From contig OZ360221.1 in assembly GCA_977017645.1 (NCBI GenBank), positions 85,498,001-85,562,000 on the forward strand: a DNA stretch of 64,000 nucleotides, written 5' to 3'. How positions within the stretch are numbered: position 1 is the first letter of the stretch; the number at the start of each line of letters is the position of its first letter. Source of the DNA: Torpedo marmorata. Its lineage: Eukaryota. This document shows, one piece after another, positions 25,567 to 35,765 of the stretch. The translations under genes were made by a program, and so were the position numbers. The notes beneath the pieces are model-generated. The model was not told the origin of the DNA. It did not search any database and saw nothing but the letters and a program-made list of their open reading frames with translations.

Positions 25567-27981
25567 ATGGCCGCAGCAGCCACTGATACAGCAGCTACTG
25601 ATATATCAGCAGCTGACGCAGCAACCGCTAATGTTGCTGTTGAGGACCAACGTATTGAAGACATGAAGGTTTCGGATATTAAAGAAGAATTGAAGCGACT
25701 GAAAAAGGACATAAGTGGAAATAAAAAGGTTCTTATCGAAAGATTGAAGCTGGCAAAGGATGAAGAGGCAGCTTCATTAGTTGAACAAGAAGATAACTTG
25801 GAAATGGCTGAAATTGTGTCAACAAATGATGAAGAAATTAAAGTGGTTGAAGATGCAAAGGATATACAATTCGAATTGGATAAAGAGGTAAGTATGAAGA
25901 CAACATATGAACTGCAGGACGAAATACAAGCAAGTGACAGTGTCTCAAATGCTGAAAGCAGGAGAAGCAAAAGAAGTTCTGGTTCGAGCTCCAGAGTTTC
26001 TCGTACTTCAAGTTCTGCATCGTCACGTACAAAGGTTGATATTAAATTGGCCGCTCTTCTTGCACAACAAAAAACGCTTAAGGATAAGTATATTTTGGAA
26101 GAAGAGGAGGAGCAGCTAAGACAAAAGGAGGAGCAGCTAAAACAAAAGGAGGAGCAGGTAAAGGAGCAGCTAAGACAAAAAGAGGAGCAGCTAAAGGAGC
26201 AGCTAAGACAAGAGGAGGAGCAGCTAAGACAAAATGAGAAACAGCTAAAGGAGCAGCTAAGACAAAATGAGAAGCAGCTAATGGAGCAGCTAAGACAAGA
26301 GAAGGAGCAGCTAAGGAAGAGAAAAGAACAGCAGGAGCTGGAAGCAAACATTGCTATTGCCAAGGCAGAAAAGAAAGCAATAGAAGGCTCAATGGTATCT
26401 GGTGCTAGCAGTAAATTATCTAAATTGTTTGATAATAAAAGGTCATATTTAAAAAAGGAGTCACAGGAAAAGAAACCAACCAAAAGGATAGATATTTTAG
26501 AATCAAGGATACAAAACTTACATATACAAGGACAAACCTTTCAAGAGCATATTGGTATCGAGTCACATGTACCAATGATAACATCTGAAAGCAAAGCTGC
26601 GGCTTGGGTTCGGTCGAACGAAGCAACTTCTTTGTTATTTGAGTCAAGCATCAGAAATATGGAAGAAACTACACCAGTGAGGTTTCCAGATACATTGCAT
26701 GCAACAAGAGACGGTGAACAGAGCAATGTATTGTCATCCAAGGAAAGACAAAATGAAATTGCTGCATCATTGTTTCAGTTACAGTCTCTCTCTTCTTTAC
26801 CCAAGAAAGAGATACAAACTTTTGATGGTGATCCACTTCAATATCAATCATTTATGAGATCTTTCAAACGCAATATTGAAGATAAATGCCAAGATCGTGA
26901 TGAATGTCTTTATTATTTGGAAATGTTCACAAAGGGACATCCAAAAGAACTGGTAAAAAGTTGTAAACAAATGTCTTCAGGAAGAGGATTAGACAAAGCT
27001 AAGGCTTTATTGGAACAATATTTTGGCAACAAGCATCGAATTGCTTTAGCTTATATGGATAAAGCTCTTAAATGGACATCAATAAAACAAAATGATGTAA
27101 AGGCTCTGCAAGAGTTTACTCTGTTTTTAAGAGGATGTTGTAATGCTATGGAAGAAATCGATAGTATTCGTGAGCTTGATGTGCATAGTAATATGCGAAT
27201 CATTTTAGAAAAATTACCTTACAAGTTATGGGATAGATGGAGAGATTTGGCTTGTGATTTACAAGTAGATTACGGTCGAAAAATTACCTTAAAGGATTTG
27301 GTAAATTTTCTTGAACGACGGGTGTACGTTGAAACAGATCCACTATATGGAAATACCAGAGATAATTCAATGGGCAAAGAAGTAAGAAAGTCTAATTCAC
27401 AGTCTAGTCCGAAAGTGAAAAGGAGTACTTTTGCTACTAATGTGCAAGTTATAAGTAAAGAAAATGACAAAGTAAATAAGGAAAAGGAAAGTTTGCCTAA
27501 TGAAAAGAGTTGTTTGTTCTGTAAAGGTGGACATGCTTTGGAAATGTGTTTACGATTGGAAAAGAAGGAACATAAGGAAAAGATCGCTTTCTTAAAGGAA
27601 AATGGAATATGTTTTAGCTGTCTGTGTAAAGGGCACATCAGTAAAAACTGCGAGAAGCGAATTAATTGTAACATAAGCAATTTGAAACATCCTAGAATTT
27701 TGCATATCCATAACAGAAACAAGGAATTGGAAAAGGAGCAAACAGAAACAAAGGAAACAACAGAAAATAATGTTATAACCTCGGTTCAGACAAGTGGTCT
27801 TACTGGGGCCGGGGTGAATAACTGCAAACTTTCAATAGTGCCTGTACAAGTCAAGGCCAAGAAAGGGGATGCAATAGTAAAAACATATGCATTTCTAGAC
27901 CCAGGCAGCACTGCATCTTTTTGCACGGAAGGACTAATGAATAAACTTAATATTCAAGGAAAAGATCAAGAATTATGTTAA
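25567..27981 (+). CDS. BEL/Pao Gag-protease: SAP-like motif, coiled coil, DUF1759-type capsid, Zn knuckles, aspartic protease N-half
   Basis: Open 825-codon frame with likely ATG at 25567 (AAAATGG). Motifs: IQTFDGDPLQYQSFMRSF, CLFCKGGHALEMC, CFSCLCKGHISKNC, YAFLDPGSTASF. Confidence 0.88.
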   Translation: MAAAATDTAATDISAADAATANVAVEDQRIEDMKVSDIKEELKRLKKDISGNKKVLIERLKLAKDEEAASLVEQEDNLEMAEIVSTNDEEIKVVEDAKDIQFELDKEVSMKTTYELQDEIQASDSVSNAESRRSKRSSGSSSRVSRTSSSASSRTKVDIKLAALLAQQKTLKDKYILEEEEEQLRQKEEQLKQKEEQVKEQLRQKEEQLKEQLRQEEEQLRQNEKQLKEQLRQNEKQLMEQLRQEKEQLRKRKEQQELEANIAIAKAEKKAIEGSMVSGASSKLSKLFDNKRSYLKKESQEKKPTKRIDILESRIQNLHIQGQTFQEHIGIESHVPMITSESKAAAWVRSNEATSLLFESSIRNMEETTPVRFPDTLHATRDGEQSNVLSSKERQNEIAASLFQLQSLSSLPKKEIQTFDGDPLQYQSFMRSFKRNIEDKCQDRDECLYYLEMFTKGHPKELVKSCKQMSSGRGLDKAKALLEQYFGNKHRIALAYMDKALKWTSIKQNDVKALQEFTLFLRGCCNAMEEIDSIRELDVHSNMRIILEKLPYKLWDRWRDLACDLQVDYGRKITLKDLVNFLERRVYVETDPLYGNTRDNSMGKEVRKSNSQSSPKVKRSTFATNVQVISKENDKVNKEKESLPNEKSCLFCKGGHALEMCLRLEKKEHKEKIAFLKENGICFSCLCKGHISKNCEKRINCNISNLKHPRILHIHNRNKELEKEQTETKETTENNVITSVQTSGLTGAGVNNCKLSIVPVQVKAKKGDAIVKTYAFLDPGSTASFCTEGLMNKLNIQGKDQELC
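26105..26325 (+). repeat. In-frame tandem repeat (GAGCAGCTAAGACAAAAGGAG-type; EQLRQKE) in BEL gag
   Basis: Repeated 12/21-nt modules encode EQLK/EQLRQ coiled coil. Confidence 0.9.
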
Positions 27982-28505
27982 AAACCATGGGACAAGAAAA
28001 GGTTGTTGAAACTAACATTGTTTCAGGCTTAGAGGTTGCTGGATTGGATGACAAAAAATTTTGTGATCTTCCAAGTGTATATACTCAGAAGACTATGCCT
28101 GTGAATGAAGGAAATATTCCTCATCAAAGGGATATCCATCACTTAGCTTATCTGTGGAAGGTTTATTTACCTGAAATTAATTCTGAGATAGAAATGCTGA
28201 TTGGTTCAGATGTGCCAAAGGTTTTGGTACCAAAAGAAGTAATAGAGAGTAAAAGGAATGGACCTTACGCTATTAGAACCATGCTTGGTTGGGCAATCAA
28301 TGGACCAATGGAAAGAAATAATGATATTGCTCAGGAACAGTTAGCGATAAATATTAATAGAATTTCGGTTGAGAAAGTTGAAGAGTTAAGCGAAGAGCAA
28401 AAAACCGTGAATAAGAAAATCACTTATGAAGAAAAGAAAACAGATCAATGTGAAAATAAATCAATGGTATTTAAAACAACATTGAAGGAATTAATTTCAT
28501 CATAA
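27975..28505 (+). pseudogene. BEL protease C-terminal half (frameshifted continuation)
   Basis: LKTMGQ...VSGLEV...IEMLIGSDVP...GPYAIRTMLGWAINGP. Overlaps the end of the gag ORF in another frame. Confidence 0.85.
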
Positions 28506-29468
28506 ATGGATGAAAGTGAAGTATTAGAAGATGTTGCAAATAATACTATTGATCATTCATGTGTAATTGAATCAAATACAGGAATAAAACAAGTGACTGA
28601 AAACAAATCTGAATGTAGATTTTGTAGTTCAGAGATTACAACAGACAAAGCTAATGAAGAATTATTGCAATGTGATGTAAAACTGGAGAACACAGAAAAT
28701 TGTGCTGATGGAATAAAGAATAATGTGAATGATAATTTAATGCAATTGAATTCAGAGAACAAAATGTTGAAAGGGGAATTGGAAATATTAGATAATCAAG
28801 AAAACAGTAAACAGAAAGATTTAATTGTAAGTAAAACTCGCAAAGTCAGAAAGCAGAAGAAAAGAATAACTGCTGAAGAAATGAATACAGTTATTGAGGA
28901 AAGAGATTCAGCATTATCAAAATGTAAAAGGTTAGAGGAAGAGATTAATGTTTTGAAAGAGAACAAGTTATTGGTTAATAACTCAAAACAGTTGACTTTA
29001 AAAACCAATCAAGAATGTAAATTGAATGTTCAACAATTAACAATGCAGAAAGAATGTGATATTGCATTGCAGAAATGTAACAAACAAGATGAAGAAATTA
29101 AAAAATTTCAAGTTTGTCGCAACAGGATTGACAATGGAAATATCAATGTATCACATGATATTTTGACTTCAGATCAAATTATTAATTTCTCAGAAAGAAC
29201 TGAGACTGAATTGAAAGTTGCAAATTTGGATTTAGAATTGCAGGAAAGAGCAATAGAAACCAGAGTGGTTAAACAGACTTGTTTAAAATCGAAAGGATCA
29301 GATAAATATTCAAATTCTAATTCTAAGAGTTTAAATTCTTCACATGAAAAGTGGAATACTGAAGAAAGGAATAAAGTGAAACGACATGCTGAAGAAGTGC
29401 CTTGTGTTAAATTGAAAAGAAAAACTGTATCTATTTTGTCTGAGGAAGATTTGAGGTTTACTGGTTGA
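28506..29468 (+). CDS. mipol1: MIPOL1-like coiled-coil ORF captured within the BEL element (internally deleted, intronless)
   Basis: RITAEEMNTVIEERDSALSKCKRLEEE closely matches remembered human MIPOL1 RITAEEMSALIEERDAALSKCKRLEQE. Weaker collinear matches lie upstream and downstream. 320 open codons. Confidence 0.75.
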   Translation: MDESEVLEDVANNTIDHSCVIESNTGIKQVTENKSECRFCSSEITTDKANEELLQCDVKLENTENCADGIKNNVNDNLMQLNSENKMLKGELEILDNQENSKQKDLIVSKTRKVRKQKKRITAEEMNTVIEERDSALSKCKRLEEEINVLKENKLLVNNSKQLTLKTNQECKLNVQQLTMQKECDIALQKCNKQDEEIKKFQVCRNRIDNGNINVSHDILTSDQIINFSERTETELKVANLDLELQERAIETRVVKQTCLKSKGSDKYSNSNSKSLNSSHEKWNTEERNKVKRHAEEVPCVKLKRKTVSILSEEDLRFTG

Positions 29469-29499
29469 CGTTTTAACCCAGATTATGGAGATAAAAGAA

Positions 29500-29690
29500 C
29501 TTTAAAGAGACATTGTGATTATCATGGATAATTCAACTTCAAGAAACTCCTGGTTACTTGGAAAAATTATTGAGACTTTTCAAGACAAAGAGGACTTGTG
29601 CGTCAAGTGTGAATTAAAACTAAGACTGGTTTTTCGAAACAGACCTATTAACAAGGTCTGCCTTTTGTTGGAGACAGAGGAACTTTGATA
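29500..29690 (+). pseudogene. Remnant of BEL integrase C-terminal domain (DUF5641-type)
   Basis: Reading across frameshifts gives DIVIIMDNSTSRNSWLLGKIIETF.DK.GLVRQV.IKTKTG...RPINKVCLLLE. Confidence 0.75.
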
Positions 29691-29891
29691 AATATAAACT
29701 GACTTTATTTGTTGTTATATATTTCACAGGTTACAGACTTTTGTTGATTCAGAGTTATGGTAAACTCTGGGTTTATGAAGAAGGAAGAAAGAAGATTTGT
29801 ATTGTTTGAATGTTATGGTTATTGTTATTTATAATTTATAGTGTAATTATTATTCAAGACATTACGTCTAATTATAATAATTAGGGGCCGG

Positions 29892-30515
29892 TGTAAGTGC
29901 CGTAGGCTCGTTAACTTACCGTTGTTGCGGCGCTCCGATGTCTCGTCGGCCCGTTCGGAGCGCTCGCATTGTCTGTGGGCCGTTCTCGGCCCATTCTGTG
30001 CTCTGCGCATGCGCTGGAGTGCCGACGGGCGCATGCGCAGTTTGGAGTGACGTCATTGTGCGCGGTGCAGTCTGGGAGATGTAGTGTGCGCGGTGGTGGG
30101 TACGCAGTGTTAGGGGAGCGACGGAGCATGCGCAAATCGGGTAGAATAGGAAAGGAATAGAATAAAGGAAAGATGGAGATGTTAGGAGGGTGAGTGAGGT
30201 CTCCACATCTTTATTGACCGTTTTTACAGCGTTTTATAGCTTTTTACATCGTTTTATATCGTTTTATAGCTTTTTACATCGTTCTAGTGTTTCATATCGT
30301 TTTGGAATTGTTTAAAGAATCATTTAAAGGAACTCATCATACATCGTTTACAAGAACTGTTTATATTAAAGTCATTGAAGATTACTGCAAGTCACTTGTG
30401 TAAATAAAGGTTTTGAACATATTGGACTTTGTTAGTAAATTAATTAAAACGCGTCAAAGACAAGTATCTCACTTAGCCTCCAGGTGACTAATGTTGGATC
30501 GAAGTCACCGTAATA
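29892..30515 (+). repeat. BEL 3' LTR
   Basis: 624-bp direct repeat of 24495-25120, preceded by a purine tract. Confidence 0.92.
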
Positions 30516-31701
30516 TAGATGAGAAGAGACAAGAACAGCACAAAGATCAAATTCGTCATCCTGTTGAGGGGTTTTTGGCTAGTAGAGAAGTTGAGGAGGC
30601 AGAAATAGATAAGTATTTCCAGCATTTTGAGAAGGTGGCTGTGAAATTAAAATGGCCACAAGACCAATGGTTTCTTATGTTACAAAGTGTAATAAAAGGA
30701 AAAGCTCAGCAAGCTTATTCTACTCTTACCACGGAGCAAGCTGCTGATTATGAAACGGTGAAAAAGGCTATACTCCAGGCTTATGAGTTAGTTTCAGAGG
30801 CTTATAGACAGAAGTTTAGAAATTTAAAAAGATCAGCAACCCAATCTTACACAGAGTTTGCCTATGAAAAGGTTGTGTATTTTGACCAGTGGTACACATC
30901 TAAGGCGGTAAACAATGATTACTATCAATTGAGAGAATTGATAATAATCGAGGAGATAAAAAGGTGTGTTCCTGAGGATATTAAGGCATACTTAGATGAA
31001 AAGGAGGTGAAAACTTGGCAAAATTCAGCTAAGTTAGCAGATGAATATGCTTTAACCCACAAGCCTAAGTGGACGTCAGGCAGAATTTTCCAAAAGGTCA
31101 ATGTGGATAATCAGAAGCAAGTGGAAAGTAAATTTGGAAGTGGTGTTAAGGAAAGGGATGAAGGAAAGTGGAAAAGGGAAAACCCTTTGGGTCCCATTTG
31201 CCACTACTGTAAGAAGGCTGGTCATATGCTAGCAAGCTGTCCAGTGTTGACTAAGAAGAGAGAAAAGGATGCAACACCTAATGTTGTATTCAGAGTGAGA
31301 AGAGGCATAACACCCAGGAAGGAAATAAATTTACTGACAAAGTTAGGGATGTATTTAAACCTTTTGTGACTGATGGTTTTGTTTCAGTTAAGGCAGGATC
31401 AAAACAAGTTCCAGTGAAAATCTTGCGAGATACTGGAGCTGCTCAGTCATTTGTGTTAGATAGTATCTTGGAATTTTGTGAAGCTACTGACATGAATTTA
31501 ATTAAAGGAATTGGGGGTGATGTTGAGTCCATTCCTTTGCACAAAATAGTGTTGGACTCAGACTTGGTGGAAGGACCTGTTATAATAGGAGTGAGATCAG
31601 AGTTGCCAGTAGAAGGAGTCTCACTGTTGCTAGGCAATGACTTGGCCAAGGGTAAAGTAGTTCCTGCAATGCGAATGACAACTAAGCCAGTCATTGATTA
31701 G
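30516..31701 (+). pseudogene. Gmr1-like gag C-terminal part (SCAN-like capsid, CCHC) and protease
   Basis: YFQHFEKVA..LKWP..QW, YELVSEAYRQKFR, CHYCKKAGHMLASC, then KILRDTGAAQSF and LLLGNDL. Confidence 0.85.
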
Positions 31702-32020
31702 TCAGAGAAAGACTCTGATATTTATCCGGCATGTGCCATAACCAGGGCCATGTCTAAGAAAAATGTCACTGTAGTGGAAAATAAATTGGTGAAAGAAAAG
31801 GTCAGTGATAATCAAGAACACCTGGAAAGGTTGAGCAATCTCCTGTGTTACACCCATCCACTGATAAGACACCTAAAGGCACAGATTTGTCACTATCCCG
31901 ACAGGAGCTAATAGCAAGGCGAAAGGACGATCCTGATCTTGCTGAGGTGAGGGATAAGGTTCTCTCTGAAGAGGAGATTAAAAAGATGCCAGTGGGTTAT
32001 TATGAAAAAGATGGGGTGTT
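31476..32020 (+). repeat. Left copy of a ~545-bp direct duplication flanking an L1
   Basis: TTGTGAAGCTACTGACATG...GATGGGGTGTT is repeated at 34229-34783. Confidence 0.92.
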
Positions 32021-34228
32021 TTTAAAAAATATATATTTTATTTAAAATTTTAAATCACAAAATACATAAGATAAAATTATAAAATTATCAAAATACTTGT
32101 GATATATTTTCACACCCCCTCCCACCCTCACCTCCCTAACCCTCCCCTCCCTACTAATCTAATAAAATAAAATTTAAAAAAAGAAAAAGATAGAAAAAAG
32201 ATAGAATAAGGAGAATGTCAATCTAAAAATACATCTATAAACTAATTCTATTATGCAGGTTAGGTACACCAGTAGATCCGATGTCCAGAGATTTTCAAAT
32301 TCTTAAACCAACAACTATCATATATGGGCTCCAAATTTTTAAAAAGAAATGATACTTATTACGTAAATTGTAAGTAACTTTTTCAAGTGGTATACATGAA
32401 CGAAGTTCTGCATGCCATCTTTCTAATCCTAAATCTACATCAGATTTCCAAGTAATAGCAATACATTTCTTTGAAACAGCTAAAGCAATTCGCAAAAATT
32501 CTATTTGATACATATTTAATTTCATCTTAATACTAAATTTTTTAATATCTCTAAATAAAAATAACATAGGGTCCATTGTGAATGTAATCTTAAATACTTT
32601 ATCTAAAACATTTTTAACTTTCAACCAAAAATCATAAACTTTTGAACAAAACCATGTAAAGTGTACGAAAGAACCTTCCTCTTTATTACATCTAAAACAT
32701 AAACCTGATAATGTCGGATTAAATTTCTTTAATTTTTTAGGTGTTAAATATAATTGATGAAAAAAATTGTATTGTACTAATCTATATCTAACATTAATAA
32801 TCTTCGTCATACTTAATTTGCATAATTCTTTCCAATGATTTTCATCTATTGTTACATTCAAATCTAATTCCCACTTTAATCTTGATTTATGAATTCCTAC
32901 TTTAGGAACTTTTCTCTGAAACAATCTATACATTTGAGAAATAAATTTATTTACATCTCCTTTAGTAACTAATAATTCTAATTCATTCTGTCTTGGTAAA
33001 ATCAAGCTATAGCCTAATTTCTCAACCAAAAATGCTCTAATTTGATAATAAGCAAAAAGTGTATTATCCAATATATTGAATTTATCTTTCATTCTTTGAA
33101 AAGTAATAAATTTCCCTGCTTCAAATTAGTCATTTATATTCTTAATACCTTTTTGAAACCAAATTTTAAATAGTTGATTATTGATAGTAAATGGAATAAG
33201 TTGATTTTGATATAAAGGCATCTTAGGAGAAATCGTTCCTTTTCCTCCTATTTCTTTATCCGTCTTACTCCAAAATTCTAACAGATTTTTAAGAATAGGA
33301 GAATTTTTTCCTTTTTGTTGATATTAATTTAGAATCCCATTTATAAATAACTTCTTCTTTAGAATCTTCTCCTATATTATTTAATTCTATTCTAATCCAA
33401 GCAGAAGATTTAGTTAAATTAAAAAATTCATTAATAAATTTTAATTGAGCTGCTTTAGAATAATTTTGAAAATTAGGAAGTTGTAAACCACCCATTTCAT
33501 AATTCCAAGTTAATTTTTCTATACGTACCCTTGCCAACTTTCCTTTCCATAAAAACTTCCTTATAATTGAGTTTAAATCTTTTTTTAAAATTTGAGGAAT
33601 TTCATAAGGAATTGATTGAAAAAGATATTGTATTCTTGGAAATACATTCATTTTAATACAATTTACTCTTCCCATTAAAGTTATAGGTAAATCTTTCCAA
33701 TTTTCCAAATCTTTTTTTATCTTCATAAACAATGGTAGATAATTTAATTTATATAAATTAGCCAATTTTGTATCAATCTTTATTCCCAAATATTTAATTC
33801 CCTCTTTTGCCCATTTAAATTGTGTAATTTCTTTACATTTACTATAATCCCCTTGTGATAATACCATAATTTCACTTTTATCAGAATTAATTTTATATCC
33901 AGATATTTCCCCATACTCTCAATAAAGCAGACAGCTGTACTAAAGATGTAGTAGGTTTTATCATATATATCAATACATCATCTGCAAATAAACTAATTTT
34001 ATGTTCTTCCGTTCCAACTTTAATACCTACAATTTTAACATCTTTTCTAACTAATTCTGCCAAAGGTTCTATTGCTAAAGTAAACAATGCTGGTGACAAA
34101 GGACATCCTTGTCTAGTAGATCTAATCAGGGGAAATCTTGAAGAAATTTGTCCATTTGTAATTACTTGAGCAGATGGTTCTTTATATATAGTTTTAATCT
34201 AATTAATAAATGTAGTCCCGAAACCAAA
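32021..34228 (-). mobile_element. L1 family A, 5'-truncated within RT, degraded
   Basis: QGCPLSP, LFADD, IKYLG and CCHC motifs on the minus strand. The A-rich tail is at the left end. Confidence 0.92.
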
Positions 34229-34783
34229 TTGTGAAGCTACTGACATGAATTTAATTAAAGGAAATGGGGGTGATGTTGAGTCCATTCCTTTGCACAAAAT
34301 AGTGTTGGACTCAGACTTGGTGGAAGGACCTGTTATAATAGGAGTGAGATCAGAGTTGCCAGTAGAAGGAGTCTCACTGTTGCTAGGCAATGACTTGGCC
34401 AAGGGTAAAGTAGTTCCTGCAGTGCGAATGACCACTAAGCTAGTCATTGATTAGTCAGAGAAAGACTCTGATATTTATCTGGCATGTGCCATAACCAGGG
34501 CCATGTCTAAGAAAAATGTCACTGTAGAGAAGGCAGTGGAAAATAAATTGGTGAAAGAAAAGGTCAGTGATAATCAAGAACACCTGGAAAAGGTTGAGCA
34601 ATCTCCTGTGTTCCACCCATCCACTGATAAGACACCTAAAGGCACAGATTTGTCACTATCCCGACAGGAGCTAATAGCAAGGCAAAAGGACGATCCTGAT
34701 CTTGCTGAGGTGAGGGATAAGGTTCTCTCTGAAGAGGAGATTAAAAAGGTGCCAGTGGGTTATTATGAAAAAGATGGGGTGTT
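34229..34783 (+). repeat. Right copy of the duplication
   Basis: Matches 31476-32020 apart from a 9-bp indel, a 1-bp indel and a few substitutions. Confidence 0.92.
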
Positions 34784-35680
34784 GATGAGAAAGTGGAGAA
34801 CATGTGATGTTCCTGCCAATGAAGAATGGGCAGTAGTGCAGCAGGTTGTGATCCCTAAAGTATTTAGGGATGCAATAATAACTTTGGCTCATAGCACACC
34901 CTTAGGTGGTCACCTTGGGGTGAAGAAAACTATAAGGAAGATAACGAAACAATTTTATTGGCCCAGTTTGAGAAGGGAGGTTGTAAGCTTTTGCCGGGCC
35001 TGTCACACTTGTCAGGTGGTGGGTAAACCTAATCAGGGTCCCCCGGTGGCAACCTTGCAACCTATCCCTGCTTTCGGTGAGCCTTTCTCGAGAGTAATTG
35101 TGGACTGTGTTGGCCCATTGCCCAAAACCAAAGTGGGAATGAGTATTTGTTAACAATTATGTGTGCAGCCACCAGATTTCCAGAGGCCATTCCTCTGAGA
35201 AACATTAAAGCAAAGGCAATTGTAAAGGCTATGGTAAAGTTTTTCAACTTGGTAGGTTTGCCAAGGGAAATTCAATCAGATCAGGGCAGTAATTTCATGT
35301 CAGGCGTTTTCCAACAAGTGGTTGATGGACTGGGAATTAAACAGATTATATCCTCTATGTACCATCCAGAAAGTCAAGGGGCCTTGGAGAGGTTCCAGTC
35401 GACTTTGAAAAACATGATTAGAACCTATTGTTGTGAGAAGGAAAAGGATTGGGATGAGGGCGTTCATTTGTTGTTATTTGCAGCGAGGGAGTCTGTCCAA
35501 GAATCACTTGGTTTTAGTCCATTGGAGTTAGTTTTCAGACATGAGGTGAGAGGTCCTTTAAGATTATTAAAAGAACAGTGGATTAATCGTGATGTGCATT
35601 TAAATCTGTTAGATTATGTTTCCAAATTTAAGGATCGGGTGCATAGGGCTTGTGAGATGGCAAAGGAGAATTTGAAGAAT
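34503..35680 (+). pseudogene. Gmr1-like integrase (HHCC plus DDE core), frameshifted
   Basis: AHSTPLGGHLG...CRACHTC, VIVDCVGPLP, IQSDQGSNF and YHPESQGALER. Confidence 0.88.
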
Positions 35681-35765
35681 TTGGAGAATTTACTTGATGT
35701 TTCCAGGGTCCTGTGGTTCAGGAGTGCAGTTTGCACCTGTGGTTCCATCATCGTGGTCGGTAAAA

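Larger units (their letters stand above)
24495..30515 (+). mobile_element. BEL/Pao LTR retrotransposon, non-autonomous (gag-PR plus captured MIPOL1-like ORF; no RT, RNase H or IN core)
   Basis: Direct LTRs at 24495-25120 and 29892-30515, PPT-like TTAGGGGCCGG, and BEL gag/protease motifs (FDGDPLQY, three Cys/His knuckles, AFLDPGS, RTMLGWAINGP). A remnant of the integrase C-terminus lies at ~29500-29690. Confidence 0.92.
22878..35680 (+). mobile_element. Gmr1-like Gypsy LTR retrotransposon (5' LTR, PBS, gag, PR, IN), 3'-truncated, hosting a BEL element and an L1
   Basis: LTR TG...CA, tRNA-Pro PBS, SCAN-like gag with CCHC, protease LRDTG, then integrase HHCC and core directly after PR. No RT found. 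Confidence 0.85.

Noticed and set aside
25461-26483. 340-aa antisense ORF in BEL gag
   Set aside because: A shadow of the repetitive E/Q/K-rich sense frame. Low-complexity S/C/F sequence with no recognisable domain.
28506-29468. An env gene, or the native MIPOL1 locus
   Set aside because: No signal peptide or transmembrane segment, so not env. It is intronless, internally deleted and enclosed by LTRs and pol remnants, so not the native gene.
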